This document shows, in pieces, positions 51,401-64,000 of a stretch of 64,000 nucleotides of DNA. The position numbers and the translations under genes were made by a program. The stretch's first letter is position 1. The number at the start of each line of letters is the position of its first letter. Under the pieces are notes generated by a model. The model saw only the letters and a program-made list of their open reading frames with translations, did no database searches and was not told the DNA's origin. Source of the DNA: Sphagnum compactum (Eukaryota); the NCBI GenBank assembly GCA_965153455.1, contig OZ234493.1, positions 31,982,213 to 32,046,212 of the forward strand, written 5' to 3'.

Positions 51401-51564
51401 TAGGAGAGAGGAATAGACATCAAGTTCAGCACATGAAAGGAGGCCAACAGATGAATAGAGGTGGAGGGCAGGGTGGACAAGGTCAGCAAATGCATAGTGG
51501 CTTTGTTCAGGGGAGGCCAAGACCACGTCAGCAAGCCATGCAACCTGGAGGTTATGGTGCATAA
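45359..51564 (+). CDS. C2-domain protein (elicitor-responsive/PP16-like C2) with a very long low-complexity tail, about 1466 aa
   Basis: Exons 45359-45425, 46321-46386, 46718-46844, 47073-47199 and 47551-51564 join in frame at GT-AG sites: MPFGELEVYVEGALGIKDTGIFGKSSPYCVLTCG...GANPYWNTTFMF...DDELAY...GGQIRMSLTF, then a 4-kb last exon. Confidence 0.85.
45734..45940. repeat. About 72-bp tandem repeat, 3 copies, in intron 1 of the C2 gene
   Basis: TTCTTGTCAGATCCCAGTTGAG...CACAATAGACCCAGGATCC..GCAGCCACTAGAC recurs. A (CT)n(CA)n tract lies at 45436-45484. Confidence 0.8.
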
Positions 51565-54319
51565 CAGCTAGGTATTCATGTGGAAATATATCTTATCAAT
51601 GAACTAGGCTACTCCTGAAATATTCCCAGCTTGCAGCCTCAGTATAATGTCTATTTCCAGAGCACACTAGTATCCTACTACAGAAAGATCACAATCAATA
51701 GACCTAAAGGCTTTGAGGGATTCGATGGAAGATTGGAGAGCATATCCCTACCTCTTTACAGGAACATGGATCAACAAAACTGAAAGCAGTAAGCCTCCTT
51801 TACTCTGATTGCTCTTCTGTGCAAATCTCTGCTTTCAATGATATAGAGGACATATGGGAAGGAGTTTTAAGGCTTGCCTTGAGCTGTGAACATCAGTGTT
51901 GCTAAAGTGTGCTATATTGATGAGGTGCTTTCCTTGGTGTATCAGGTGCCTCCAAGAATTTTTCCTGCGCAAGAGATCATGCTCCATGAAACCTCCATGA
52001 ATCCACCTGTGCAGATTTGCATCCACTTTGCAAACAGTTTCCAGGCTAGTTAAGCAGTTAGAGTACTATTTGTAGCCAGCTATTTGTAGCCAACAAAAAA
52101 TAAGGAGATTGAAAGTGTGGCAAGTGATTTGGGAGTGAGTGACTTCTGTAGCAACCTTCATGGGATCTAATTACTACTGTACAATGACTGACTCTGTAAT
52201 TGTGATTGTGAACAAAACAACATTGAGTACTCCTACACTCCATCTCTACAAATTGTTGGTAGTTGATGTGGTGAGTTGTCATGTGCTGGATATTTCTTGG
52301 CCAGTGTTTGCAAAGAAGCAAAATCACATTTCTGCAAAAGGGGGACTGAAAACCAGAGGTCAGTCTGATGCAAAAGCTTGCAGAAGGGCACTCACATGAA
52401 GATTGGCTTTTGCAGTGATAAGAGAGGATTGCCATACCTGGATCATCAAGGTGGAAGTTGGGAATAGATGCTTTATTGGCAAGTCTATCCTGTTCCTGGT
52501 GGAAGTCACAGCAGTCCTAACTTTAAACATGGTAGTTGGTTCTCTTAAAGAATTCAGGTTCCTGGGAGATGATCTGAAACAGAACAGTAAGTAATTGATC
52601 TTAGTCTTTCAGGTATTTCAGTTGGTATGAATTCAGGTGCCAAAGAAATCCTCTTTGCTACAAATTCCAGGACACAGAAGCCCCACACTAAGTTCCATAG
52701 CACAGACAATAGCAGATATTGGGTCTGTCTGATATTCTGTCTTGAAGCTGCAGCCCATGCATACCTTTCATGCATCACTAAAACCATTTTCTCTGTTTCG
52801 AACTTATGCCTAAGCATGCAAAAATGATGAAGATCAAACAAAGGAAGAAACTTGTACTAATGCAATTTTGCAGTGCGAGCACAATCTTGTCTGATCTCCA
52901 CGCGAAGAAGACGTGAACGCACAATTGGGCCAAGAAACAAGAAGAGCTTCACGAGATCAGCAAAGACAATAAATCTAGTTTCAATTTTCTGGTGTGAAAA
53001 GGACTTCATCGAGTGGACCACCCCGTTCATTGACCCTAAATTTATGGCCTGTGGAATTTGGCGGGTTTTTTCCCGTATGACAAGAAAAAGATTTTTTTAA
53101 ACCTGGGAATTTGCGGTCTTCCAATGTGAACAAAGAAGAAGATTTATGGCCTCTGGGAATTTTTGGCCCTTTCCCACGCATATAAAATCCGTGCTGGGCG
53201 GGTATCAGGATGTCGCACCTGATACCCTTCGTTTCTCGGCGTGGTTCCCAGAGAGATCTAACGGCCGCTGCCCCCCCCCCCCCCCCCCCCAAAGTCAAGC
53301 CATGGGTTCTGACGCATAACCACGGTTCTCAAAAAACCTGAGAACCGATTCTGATATGTATGATAATAACCGTCGGTTCTAAACAAATCTGAAGAAGCAC
53401 GACCTTTGGTAGAATTGCCGGTTCTTTTTGTTGGCTGTATTGTGAAACCCGCTGGTTCTTTCAAGGGGGGGGGGGGGTGTTTTTTTCCAAAGGAAAAAAG
53501 CTGGAATTAATTGGAGGAGGTTCTTTTGATTCTGATGATACTTTTGATTTATTTTATTTTTGAAAATTGGAGGTTTTTAGATTGTGATAAATTCTTAAAT
53601 TGTGGTAAATATTAATTTGTTAATTAGGTGACGGTTTAAAAATTAATTCGAAGGCATATATTTGAACAATCTCATTGGTCACAAATTTATTTAAATGCTA
53701 GTTAAAACCCAAGTTTTAAACTCCTTAAAAATCAATTCAAGACTCCCATTTTAACAATAAGACTAGACCATAGAGGATTATTTTTTCATCCCTAGCTAGG
53801 CTCAACAAGCCTATTCCACGTTGCATGTTCCACAACGTAATCAACATCTCCCATTATCGATTTGATTCATGAAGCACATTCCAAAGTGAAATTGCCATCT
53901 CCACCGTCGATCGAGTGACTCAAAGTAATAATACCATTGATGATTCATAATTTTAAAATACATTTTATGCTTCAATCACATTTGATGTTAAGTTAGTGTT
54001 CAACGGATGTTAAGGGTCGACCACACTTTAGAAATAGTAGAATTAATTTAGGTTTTCATCCTAACACTAAATATGGAGAAATGATGATGGAATCGATTTT
54101 GTTAACTTTAACATAACATTGAAGTATGTACATTTTTCCTTTTGATCTTTTTTTTTCTTTTATTTGTAGGTTTCATGTTCTTCTTTTTGTTCACAAATTT
54201 TTGTAATCTTTGGTTTTTGTTTTTTATTAATTTTTCTTCTACTTGTTTTTTTTAAAAAATAAAAATTGTTCTTTTGTTATGTAAATTTTTGTGCTTCACT
54301 CATGTGTTTGTAGTTCACC

Positions 54320-55500
54320 ACATGGATTACAAAAAATTGATGGTTGCATTGGGGATGATTGTCATCCTCATCAAAAGGTTATAACATATTTGGGAGGAAG
54401 ATGATCATCATCACTATCTTTTCCATCAACACTTTACAATGATAAAAAAAACCTTGTTCTTTTGCTGGTAAATGTTGCTTTTGCACAATTTGTGACTAAC
54501 ATTCAATTTGGTTGTAATGGGGTATGGTTTAGGGTTTTGAGTCTAACCATGAAATATATGAAATCAACGGTTTTTATGTCCTTCTTGACAAAATACGATG
54601 ATGAATAGTGGATTTAAAACTTCAAGATGTTGAAAGACACATTGTCAACAAGTTGACATAGCCAACAGGTTGAAGCCATTGCATCAAATATCCTCTTCTA
54701 GTGCTTACAAAGGTTTGAATGGCTTGTGTGATTTATAAACCATCCCATGATTCAATCTTGTTGACTTGCAATGAATTGTTTGCCATTAACAAATCAACTA
54801 TTGTGTTGGTTATATGTGAGGTTATTAAAACTATCAACATTGTGTTCAAAAGTTCGATTTCATGGCTAGTGGGACAAAATATGAAGGTTGTATTGTTAAA
54901 GTTTTAAAATTATTGCAATTTACAAAATGTGCATGGTACCATAGACAATATGCACATCTCCATTTCAAAACCCAATATTTCATTTGCAAAGGATTATTTT
55001 TATCACAAAACATGAGGCTATTCAATTGTGGCATAAGTAGTTGCAAATTTTAGGAAGTGGTTTATTGACATGTATGTTGGTTTACTTGGAACATCAATGA
55101 CTTCCAAGTTCTATGAGGATTTGGGTTATATAAACAAGTTCAACATAAAGGTTTGTCAACTTGGTGAAAAATGTTGAAAAAGGTTTTCCTTCACACCTTC
55201 TTAATGATAAAGGATACCCTTTGTTGCCTTGGATCATAACATTTCACGAAGAAGGACAACAAAATTTCATGTTTGAGCTTTTGTATAATAAAAAAACATA
55301 AACCTGAACAATAAATGGTGAAAATTACTTTTGGCATTTTGAAGCAAAACTTTTGAAAGTTTTTATACAAAATTGACCCTAATATCATTTTAGTTTCAAA
55401 TGTGTTTACATGTTGTCTTTTTCACAAATTGAAAACCATTTAAAACCATAGCAGCCATGGCAAGTTATTGTTCTTTTATTCATATGAATGTCAAAGAATT
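54320..55500 (+). pseudogene. Decayed PIF/Harbinger (DDE_Tnp_4, HARBI1-like) transposase
   Basis: ELFAINKSTIVLVICEVIKTINIVF, LQNVHGTIDNMHISISKP, DYFYHKT*GYSIVA, FIDMYVG, LNDKGYPLLPWII, TFGILKQNF, spread across frames. Confidence 0.8.
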
Positions 55501-58500
55501 CAAACCAAAAATCCATTTGATGAAATGTTAAGTTTAAGTTTTGATTTAGGACCTCTAAAAGTGAATAACAACGCATTGAACATGAATCAATTTTGTAAAG
55601 GACTATCAAAAGGACTCATATAATAAAACACATTTGATGGGAAAAAAATTAAGTGAATAAAAACTTATTAACCACATTAAAAAAACACTCATACCTTAAG
55701 ATATGTGGAATTGTAAAACTTAAAAATTTCAAAAAACTTTCCAAAGTTGATCTAGAATTTTAAAACTTCAAAAGTTCTTTGCCACAAATAAATGGGGTAA
55801 AATGTACATGATGTGTTAAGACAAGTTGTAGTTTATTATACAAGAAAACATAAAAAATTAAAAATTAAAAATTGGTTATGATTTGAAACTATTATCATTT
55901 TAAAAGATGAAACATTGAATTTACAAGGAATCAAAACACTTTCAAAAATTCATATTTATTCAAAAATCATGAAGAAAAAAACATGTCATGTACTTGGACA
56001 ACTATAAGCATTTATTATAACAAGTTTCCAAAAAACTTGTTCCAAAATTCATTCATATGAAAAAAAAAATTGGGAAAAAAAACATGTAGTCCTTTTTTAC
56101 AATAATCTTGTTGGCTCATTTGCACCCTTGAATAGGATCAATTTTAGTTTTTGTGTCAAATTGGCCATGTCCAAGGGGTGATGTAAGTATTGGCAAATTA
56201 TGTTTTACAAAAGATGTTTGACCCATCATGTGTATCAAGTTTGTAATTGCCTTCACCATACTCATTTGAGTTCAATTCAAATTTTCATCTCGATGTCTAA
56301 AGTACTCCAATTACTTTTGATTTTTTTGAGTTGAATTTTTTTTCATTTCTCCTCAACTTAAAGGTTCATTGAATTAATGGAATTTATAGATTCAACAAGG
56401 GCTTTCGATCCCTTATCCTATTGCTTCCACCAAGTTTTGATGGGTAGCAAAATATGTTTTGGAAATGCTTATATTGCTAAAACATTGACCACTTCAATTT
56501 GATCATGTTGAATCTTCAAATGGCATTGGGATTTTTGTTTTACATGAACTTTGGTGTTGTTTGTTCGTGGCAGACAAAATCCTTTTGATTGCATTCCAAG
56601 GATATGTTGGATTTGCAACACTTATGTTATTATTGTTGATTTATTTGTCTGAGCCTTATTTATTATTGCATTCGTGATTGCTTTGATACTGACAAGGCTC
56701 CAAAGTATAGGATCATTATGTTGCAAATCATTATGATGCATGAGAATTTTGACTAATGTTATACGATCATTATTTGTTACGTAAATGATATTGAAATTGA
56801 ACACTATGTATCATGGTTCTAAACAACTATACATGAATGCACTAAAATCATTATAAAGAGTGAAATGATCATGCATGAGGGAGTCTTAGTCTTATGCAAC
56901 AACTTTAGATTTTTAACAAGTAGAATTGGGAGTGTACACATTGTCATTTGGGTCCATGAAATTTTGGGAATGTGAAGGGTCAAAAGTAGGTTTGTTGCTC
57001 ATACATGTATCAATCATTTCATAGATGATTTTGTTGAATAATTTAGGAAAATTTACCAACACTCTATTTACAAGATAAATGTTTTAATACGCCTCGTTGT
57101 AAGCCCATTCCTTAGACCTGTGCTTTGGTAAAATCCCATGGCAATTGCAAATATTTCTTTCCATTTCATTATTGCACTCTCAAAGTAAACCCTAGAATCA
57201 ATGTGATGTCTATTGAAGTTGTATGTTCGTTTCTTTTTGCTTGAACTAGGGATACAACACTTCAAGGAATTTGCATATCAACTAATTTTTCAACTACTTT
57301 TTAGTCATAAATGACACATGTGATTATAAATTTTTCTAGTCACCTTGGACAAGACACATAAAATTTTAATTGCAAAAGACATTACATGCCACCAAGTTGA
57401 AATGATAATCAAATTAAAATGCAATTTACACCCATTTTTCTTCTAGCTAATACCTAGCCTAAGTGACATGGTTATTCGTGATAAAAATGCATATTGACAT
57501 ATGCTTAGGTGGCATAGTCATTAATTTGCAAATAATTTTACAACTAAAATGTAACAACTTGAAGATGTTTAAGGTTTTTTTCCATTGAAATGTTGACACA
57601 TGGCAAACTCCAAGTTAAACAAATGGCAACATGTGACCTACCTAAGCTAGGTATGTTAGGCTAACTAGGTTATTTAATTTATTTAGTTTAGGTTGTGTGG
57701 CCTAAATTAAATAGTTTAAACAAGGCAACCTAACTTAGGTCACTTAAGCTAAAAACATGGGCCATAGAGCCTAGGTGACCTAGGTTAGACACTTAAATTA
57801 CTTTAACTTAAACTAAGGTATGTAGGTTGTAATAATAAAAAATTTGATCCCCTCACCTCCGCATTGAAGGGCAAAATGCTTATCATTGCACCAACCTTTT
57901 TTATGTAATATAAAAAGGAACCACTTTGTAATAAAAAAAATTTCTAACCTATTCAACCTACATTGGGTTATGTGGGCTACCTACTTAAGAGTTGCTTCCT
58001 AGGGTACCCAGGGCTTAAGCTATTTAAGGTATGTAAGGGTCAACATGACATATTGTATGCATTAACTAGCCATTAGCATATGTACATTTATAATTATGAT
58101 ATATAATCATAATTCAAGTTGAAGAAGTCATTATGTGTTGTTTATTCACTTATGAACCACAATACCAATCACAAAAACATTTGAATTTTAATCTATCGCT
58201 AAGTGCCATTGATTATGGATGATACAAACACACATTTCATTTTCATTTAACTAATAATAGTTGCAAATCATAATCACATTTGTAACTTAAAACCATTTGT
58301 AATTGAATATGCAACTACAAGTTGTTTTGACCATGGTGCCACAAATTGTTTTGAAATGGCAATCACAAAAATGGTTGATTTTGACATAAGTCACAAATAC
58401 ATGGGTTAGTATGGACATGATTCTTTATATTGCAATTTCTTCATGTTCTCAATTGAGCTTCATGGGTTTCTTGATGGTTTTGTTTCATTTGAAATATTAG

Positions 58501-61500
58501 AGCCTTGTGATTTTCTTTTGTGTTTCTTCTTCATCTTGATGCTTTTAAAATGAATGTTTACTTGGATGGAACCATCATTTCCAAGTTTGAGAATGCATGA
58601 ACAATGTTAATGGACTACAATTTGTCACATTTTCACTAACAAATTTCTTTTAGATGTTATTTGCATGCACTTTGAAATTTTGAATGAATCAATCATAGGG
58701 GGATGATCAAATGTTTAAATGTACTTAACTTTTCAAATTGTTCGTCATTGTTGCCCAATGTTTGTTTGGTGCTCATTCCGTATTGTTATTCGTTCATGAT
58801 TGCATGACTTTGTTTATTGTAATGTTCGTGGTGAGAAGTTTGCACTAAATCTATTGTTATTGTGATGATTTTGTTGTTGTTACTATTGTTGTGATGGATT
58901 TCTTGTTTTTTTAAAGACAATGAACAATTTTACATTGATGGCATGTTCTTCTTGTTTCTACAAAGTTGTCTTGTTTTGTAAAAATGATGAAAAGTTTTAC
59001 AGGTAGGCTCATGTGTGAATTGCCCAAGGTTACCAAAGAGGAGTTTCATAACTTACAAGTAAATTATATCGGTTTTAAAAAAAGGTTTTAATTAACATTG
59101 TGATTTTACTTTGAAATCTATATCTTTTTAGATTTGATAGTAGCTACTTTGTCTCCTTTCTTGGACTTAAGTTTAAACTAACTTCCTTGCCACATAGGCA
59201 TCCATGTCATATTTGGTGCTATATAAAATTGTAAATGTGACCTCAAGATGAAATTCATCATTATTAAATTTGATTTAATTACAACTTACTTCTAATTGTG
59301 GTCAACCCTTTATTCTTTTAGTTTGCTTGGGATGAATTAAAACAAAAGCAAAAGTGGAACAAATAGATTTTGATTAATCCGATTAGGGTTGGCCAGTTTT
59401 TAAATGCCCATCTGGTTCTTGATTTGATTCTCAGACCAGTTCCCCCAATGAGAACTAGGTGGCACCATTACATGTGAGAACTGAAGTGAGAATCAGTCTT
59501 AGGTTTTCACATATGAAAATCGATCATGAAAATTGGTTCTTTTTGTTAATTATTTTTTGGGGAAAATTGGATAGGTTTTCTCATGAAATCAATATTTGGT
59601 TCTCAAGTAGACTAGGGTTTTTAAACAACAACCACTACCTAAGGAGGTGGAAACATTGTTTAAGGTTAGGTTTTTAAATAATAGTTATAAAAACTCTATG
59701 AAAAAAATGGTGTTTTGTGACTAGCCTTGCAACTCAATTTTTGAATTACAGAAGACAATTACAACTCATTGTATTTATATGCCATGAATGTAAATGGACA
59801 AATTGCATGAGTTGTAGAATTGCAACTCATCATATGTACAGTATAACTTATTGCAACTCAATTACAACTTAATCAAAACAACTCATTTTCAACTACTATG
59901 CAACTCCATAATAATTGCATTCATGATGTCATTTTGACATCATTGATTGTCATCCATCTATTAAAATATGACACGTGGCATTATGAAGATTTTTGAACAT
60001 TTAAAAATGATTATTTTTTTCGAAATATTGATCTCCATCGTTCATTATGATTGTTAATGATGGTTTGATATTATGACATGTGGTATAATTTTTAAAATTG
60101 CCACGTGGCATATTTAAATATATTTTGGAATAAATAAATATAAATATATTTTTTAGTAATTAAAGTAGGTCGGGTGCAAGTACATAGATAGGAACCAACG
60201 GGATTACTTTACAAAAAGACTGTGAGTCCTTTTTAATTTTTTTTCATTTTTTCATATGAAAGAATTTTTAAATGAAATATTTTGTAACTTGTTATTATGA
60301 ATAAATATAGATCACATGGGTGTTAAACATTGTTAAATAAATATGAATTTTTCAAAATGTGTAAGTTATATTAGATTCTGCATTTCATCTTGAAACTTTA
60401 TCATAATTTTGAATCATACCAAATTATGCTAACTATTTTAGGTTTTTGTATTTTATATCATAAACTACAACTTTGTTTTGTATGTCATGCACATTACACC
60501 CCATTTACATGTGGTAAAAGACTTTTGAAAATTTAAAAATTTGAAAAATACTTTAAATTTTTAAAATTTTAAATTCCATATCTTTTAAATTGTGAGTGTT
60601 TTTTGAAGTAAGTTGCTATCATTTATTTTTTTTGCCATCAAAATTATGTAATTACAATAGTCCTTTACTTAGTCCTTTGTAAACTAACCACATTTGATGC
60701 ATCACATGTTCATGTTCAAACGTCTTTTGTAAAAATCAAAACCCAAAATTTAATTTAATGAATTTTTAATTTGAATTCCTCAACTTTGATATTAGTCATT
60801 TAGCACAATTTGAAATGATTAACATAACTTTAAAATGCAAAAAAAAATAAAATGTAAAAAAGTTCATAGTTTTCACCACTATTCAACATGGTTTTCGGCT
60901 CCTATCTTTGTATTTGCACCTAGTCATACATGACCATAGGTAGGTAGAAAAATAGGACCTATTTACTTACATAAGTAGATAAGTAGGTAGGAAAACACAA
61001 GACCAAATGAACTAAAGAATAATCATGAAATTATATTTTTAAATTTTATGTCTTGCCTTTAGATTAAACTTTTTTGAGCTCATCCTAAAATGACATTTAT
61101 ATTTTAATGTGAGAATATATGAAAAAAAAGCCTTCTTTATATGATTTGTAACATGGGATTCAAAGACAAAACATATGGGTTAAATTTTTTAGTTGTTCCT
61201 TAGTTGCAACTATAACATTTAAGTGCTCAGCATAGGCCAGACCCAAGGGGAGGGCTCCATTGTTTCTGGTGTCCAAAAAAAACTTGAACCCCTCCTATTG
61301 GTGTTTCTGTGACACTAAAATTTGTCAAAAAAAAATACAATTGAAATTTTATGGGCCACCCAAAGTAGAAGGGGTCAAAAACTTAAAAAAACAAACCATC
61401 GAATGCTACAAAGGCCAGTTCCCAAACACCTAAAAAATCCTTATAAGTTGCTTTGTTGCTATTAGAGTTGAAAGATGATTTGTAGAACTTCAGGTGGCAC

Positions 61501-63019
61501 TTTTATAACATTTTAAATCATTTTAAATGAATAAGAAATAAGAAAGTTATGAAGTTTGAAAGTAGGAGGGGTCCAAAGAAGAAAAAAGGACAAAAATGTG
61601 TTTTGTAGTTTGGAAAGCTTATTTCATTTCTTGTTATTTTTTTATTAGTCCTTTTCCTTTACATTTCAAAGATCATTTTTTAAAGTTTGAGGTAATGTTC
61701 CCATAACATTTTAAATCACTCAAAGTGAAACACATATGATGAAGATAATTGATGAATATGTATCTTTATTAAGTTACAAGTAGTTGTATTGTAGTCATAA
61801 CATAGTTAAATAGTTAAGCTTTAGTAATGGCATATTAGTGATCGTACTAATTATATCAATGGGAATCATAATAAAAAATTAGTTACAAATGTATTCCATA
61901 ATGGGTGGTGGAAATGTGGACACATGGCATGATTACACATGTGTTTACATTATACTTAGTTGCAACATAATTGTTGTTCTAGTGACATGTTTACAATAAT
62001 TTTAAAGTAGTTGCCAAATGCAACTTTTTATAAAATCAAACATGGTTGATTACATATGTATGTACAATGTATATAAATTACCGTATAGAAGACCCATTTT
62101 CAATTCACTTTCAACTATAATACAACTAACTAATTTTTTGACATGGTAATTACATGTATTAATAAATACGATGTATTTATTAATACATCGTATTTCTAAG
62201 GGATAATTGCACACTGGTTGGAATACCCAAAAGATAATTGCATAGTAGTTGTATATGAATTGTTTTTTGAAGTTTAGTTGTGGGGTAGTGTGGTTTCAAC
62301 GAACCTGATTTCTCATGGTGAAAAAGCTAATGCTTTTTTTTTTCCATCTTTTTTGTAGTTTTAACTGTTTTGTTTGTGGTTGTTGGTTTGTTTTGGTTTG
62401 TTGTTTTTTGTTTTGTTGCTTTGTGTTGGTTATTGTTTCACATTGTGTTGGTGGTATTATTTTATGGTTGGTGTTTTTGCTTTATGTTAATGTTGTTATT
62501 TTGTGTTGTTGTTGTTTATTTGCATTAGTGTTGTTACGCGCTAATGTTGTTTTTTTGCACTAGTGGTGCTACTATGTGCTAGTGTTATTTTTGTTTCATG
62601 CTAATGTTGTTGGTGCTTCACGTTGGTGTTAGTGTTTTGTTCATTTACCTTTTGGCCCAAACCCTACTATTGTTGCGTTATGTTGTTGTTGCAATTTTGT
62701 GCTAATGTTGTTATTGTTTTTATGGTTAAAATGGTACTTCCCCCCCTTTTTCCCTTGCAAGTGGGAGCTTAAAGTTTGAGGCACAAGACCTTTGACAAAA
62801 TTATATATATATATAATTTTTTTTGAGTTTTTTTTCATTTCTTTGTTTAAGTTTTTTTCATTATTATTATTATTTTATAATATTTTATTTTATATTTCAT
62901 ATTTTGTTGTTTTTTTGTAGGATTTTCATAACTTGCATATTCCTATTACAAAACCCCATTACATTTTTTTTTGTAAGACTTTACATATTCATCTTGTTTT
63001 GTAAATGTTTAGAAAATGG

Positions 63020-64000
63020 ATTGCATCTTCTAAAAACTATCAACATTTTCTAAAAATGAAAATACATGTGATGTATTTATGAATGAAGTAAAGATGGAAG
63101 ATGAACCTTTGCAAAAACCTAAAGAAAATGCAAATGTTCAAACAGAAGGAAATAAGAATCTAGAAAATAATGAATAGAAGATGAAATAAAAATTGAAAAA
63201 GTTACATTCACAAAGATTACTTTGGAAACCAAATAACAAAAATGCATTGTGTTGGGCATTTATTATGTTAATGATAACAAAAAAAATTAATTTAATAACT
63301 CCTTAAACCATGCATTATATTTTTTGTCACAATAGTCTTGTTTTGAATTTCAATCCAAAAACTCAAGCTAGGAAAGGGTTAACCATATATAGTACAACTA
63401 ATGGTATAATTGCATTGAGGAAACATATCAATTCAAAAAATTGAATTTAAAAAAAAATTGAAAAATAAGTTAATTGTCCTTTAAGACAAGATGAAAGATA
63501 ACCTTCCAAAAAGAGACAAAATATTTCTTTCACTCCATATTTAATTTTTTTGTTGCAAAATAACCTTTCAATGATGATGATGTGTATTCAAAGCAATTTT
63601 TGGAAGATTTGAGTATTTTAATTGTCAAAACCATCTTCGTTTACAATTTGGGGAAAATAGTTAGTTGAAAAGGTTTAATATGCATTTGTGTCTAAGAATT
63701 GCTTTTGTTTGCAAAAACTAATTTTCTTATGAATTATTATTCAAATTAGTGGAAAAAATCAAACAATTATATGTTTTACTAATTTTAACATAATGTCATT
63801 TTGCAACTACAAATTCTGATTTGTGGGTATCAAAAGATGGACATGATATTTTTGCATTGGTGATCAAATTTTTAAGAGTTGATTGGCAACCGAAGCACAT
63901 TACCCATACTTTTTTTGAGCCAACAAATACTAGTGGATAAACCTTAGCTAAAAACTTGATAAATTTGTTGGAGGAAGAAAATTATTGCTTATGTTATGGA
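63020..64000 (+). pseudogene. Decayed hAT transposase, 5' part, continuing beyond the window
   Basis: FWKPNNKNALCWAFYYVNDN...TTNGIIALRKH (BED-finger-like) and DLWVSKDGHDIFALVIKFLRVDWQPKHIT...TSG*TLAKNLINLL (first catalytic Asp region). Confidence 0.75.

Noticed and set aside
55900-57300. Possible Myb-like partner gene of the Harbinger remnant
   Set aside because: Its position is suggestive, but I could not read a diagnostic motif.

Overview
Eukaryotic land-plant genomic DNA. The intron style, TE families and dispersed repeats suggest a moss such as Sphagnum, which is an inference. Left end: a half-size ABCB26/TAP1-like ABC transporter gene on the minus strand, with at least 17 exons and its 3' end running off the window, preceded by tandem repeat arrays. 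8-23 kb: AT-rich decayed TE DNA containing a solo LTR, a hAT-type MITE and an ankyrin fragment. Centre (24.1-44.7 kb): a three-level nest. A decayed RTEX-like LINE carries a solo LTR in its leader and is split by a young full-length Ty3/gypsy chromovirus. The 3' LTR of that chromovirus is itself split by a nearly intact 7.4-kb L1/Tx1-type LINE with a 14-bp TSD and no poly(A) tail, inserted at a conserved motif beside the LTR TATA-like box, so it is a candidate LTR-targeting site-specific retrotransposon. The whole nest appears to interrupt an unannotated minus-strand spliced gene. Right: a 5-exon gene for a C2 domain with a ~1340-aa repetitive disordered tail, a possible small convergent spliced ORF, and Harbinger and hAT transposase remnants. 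All alignments and counts were done by eye.
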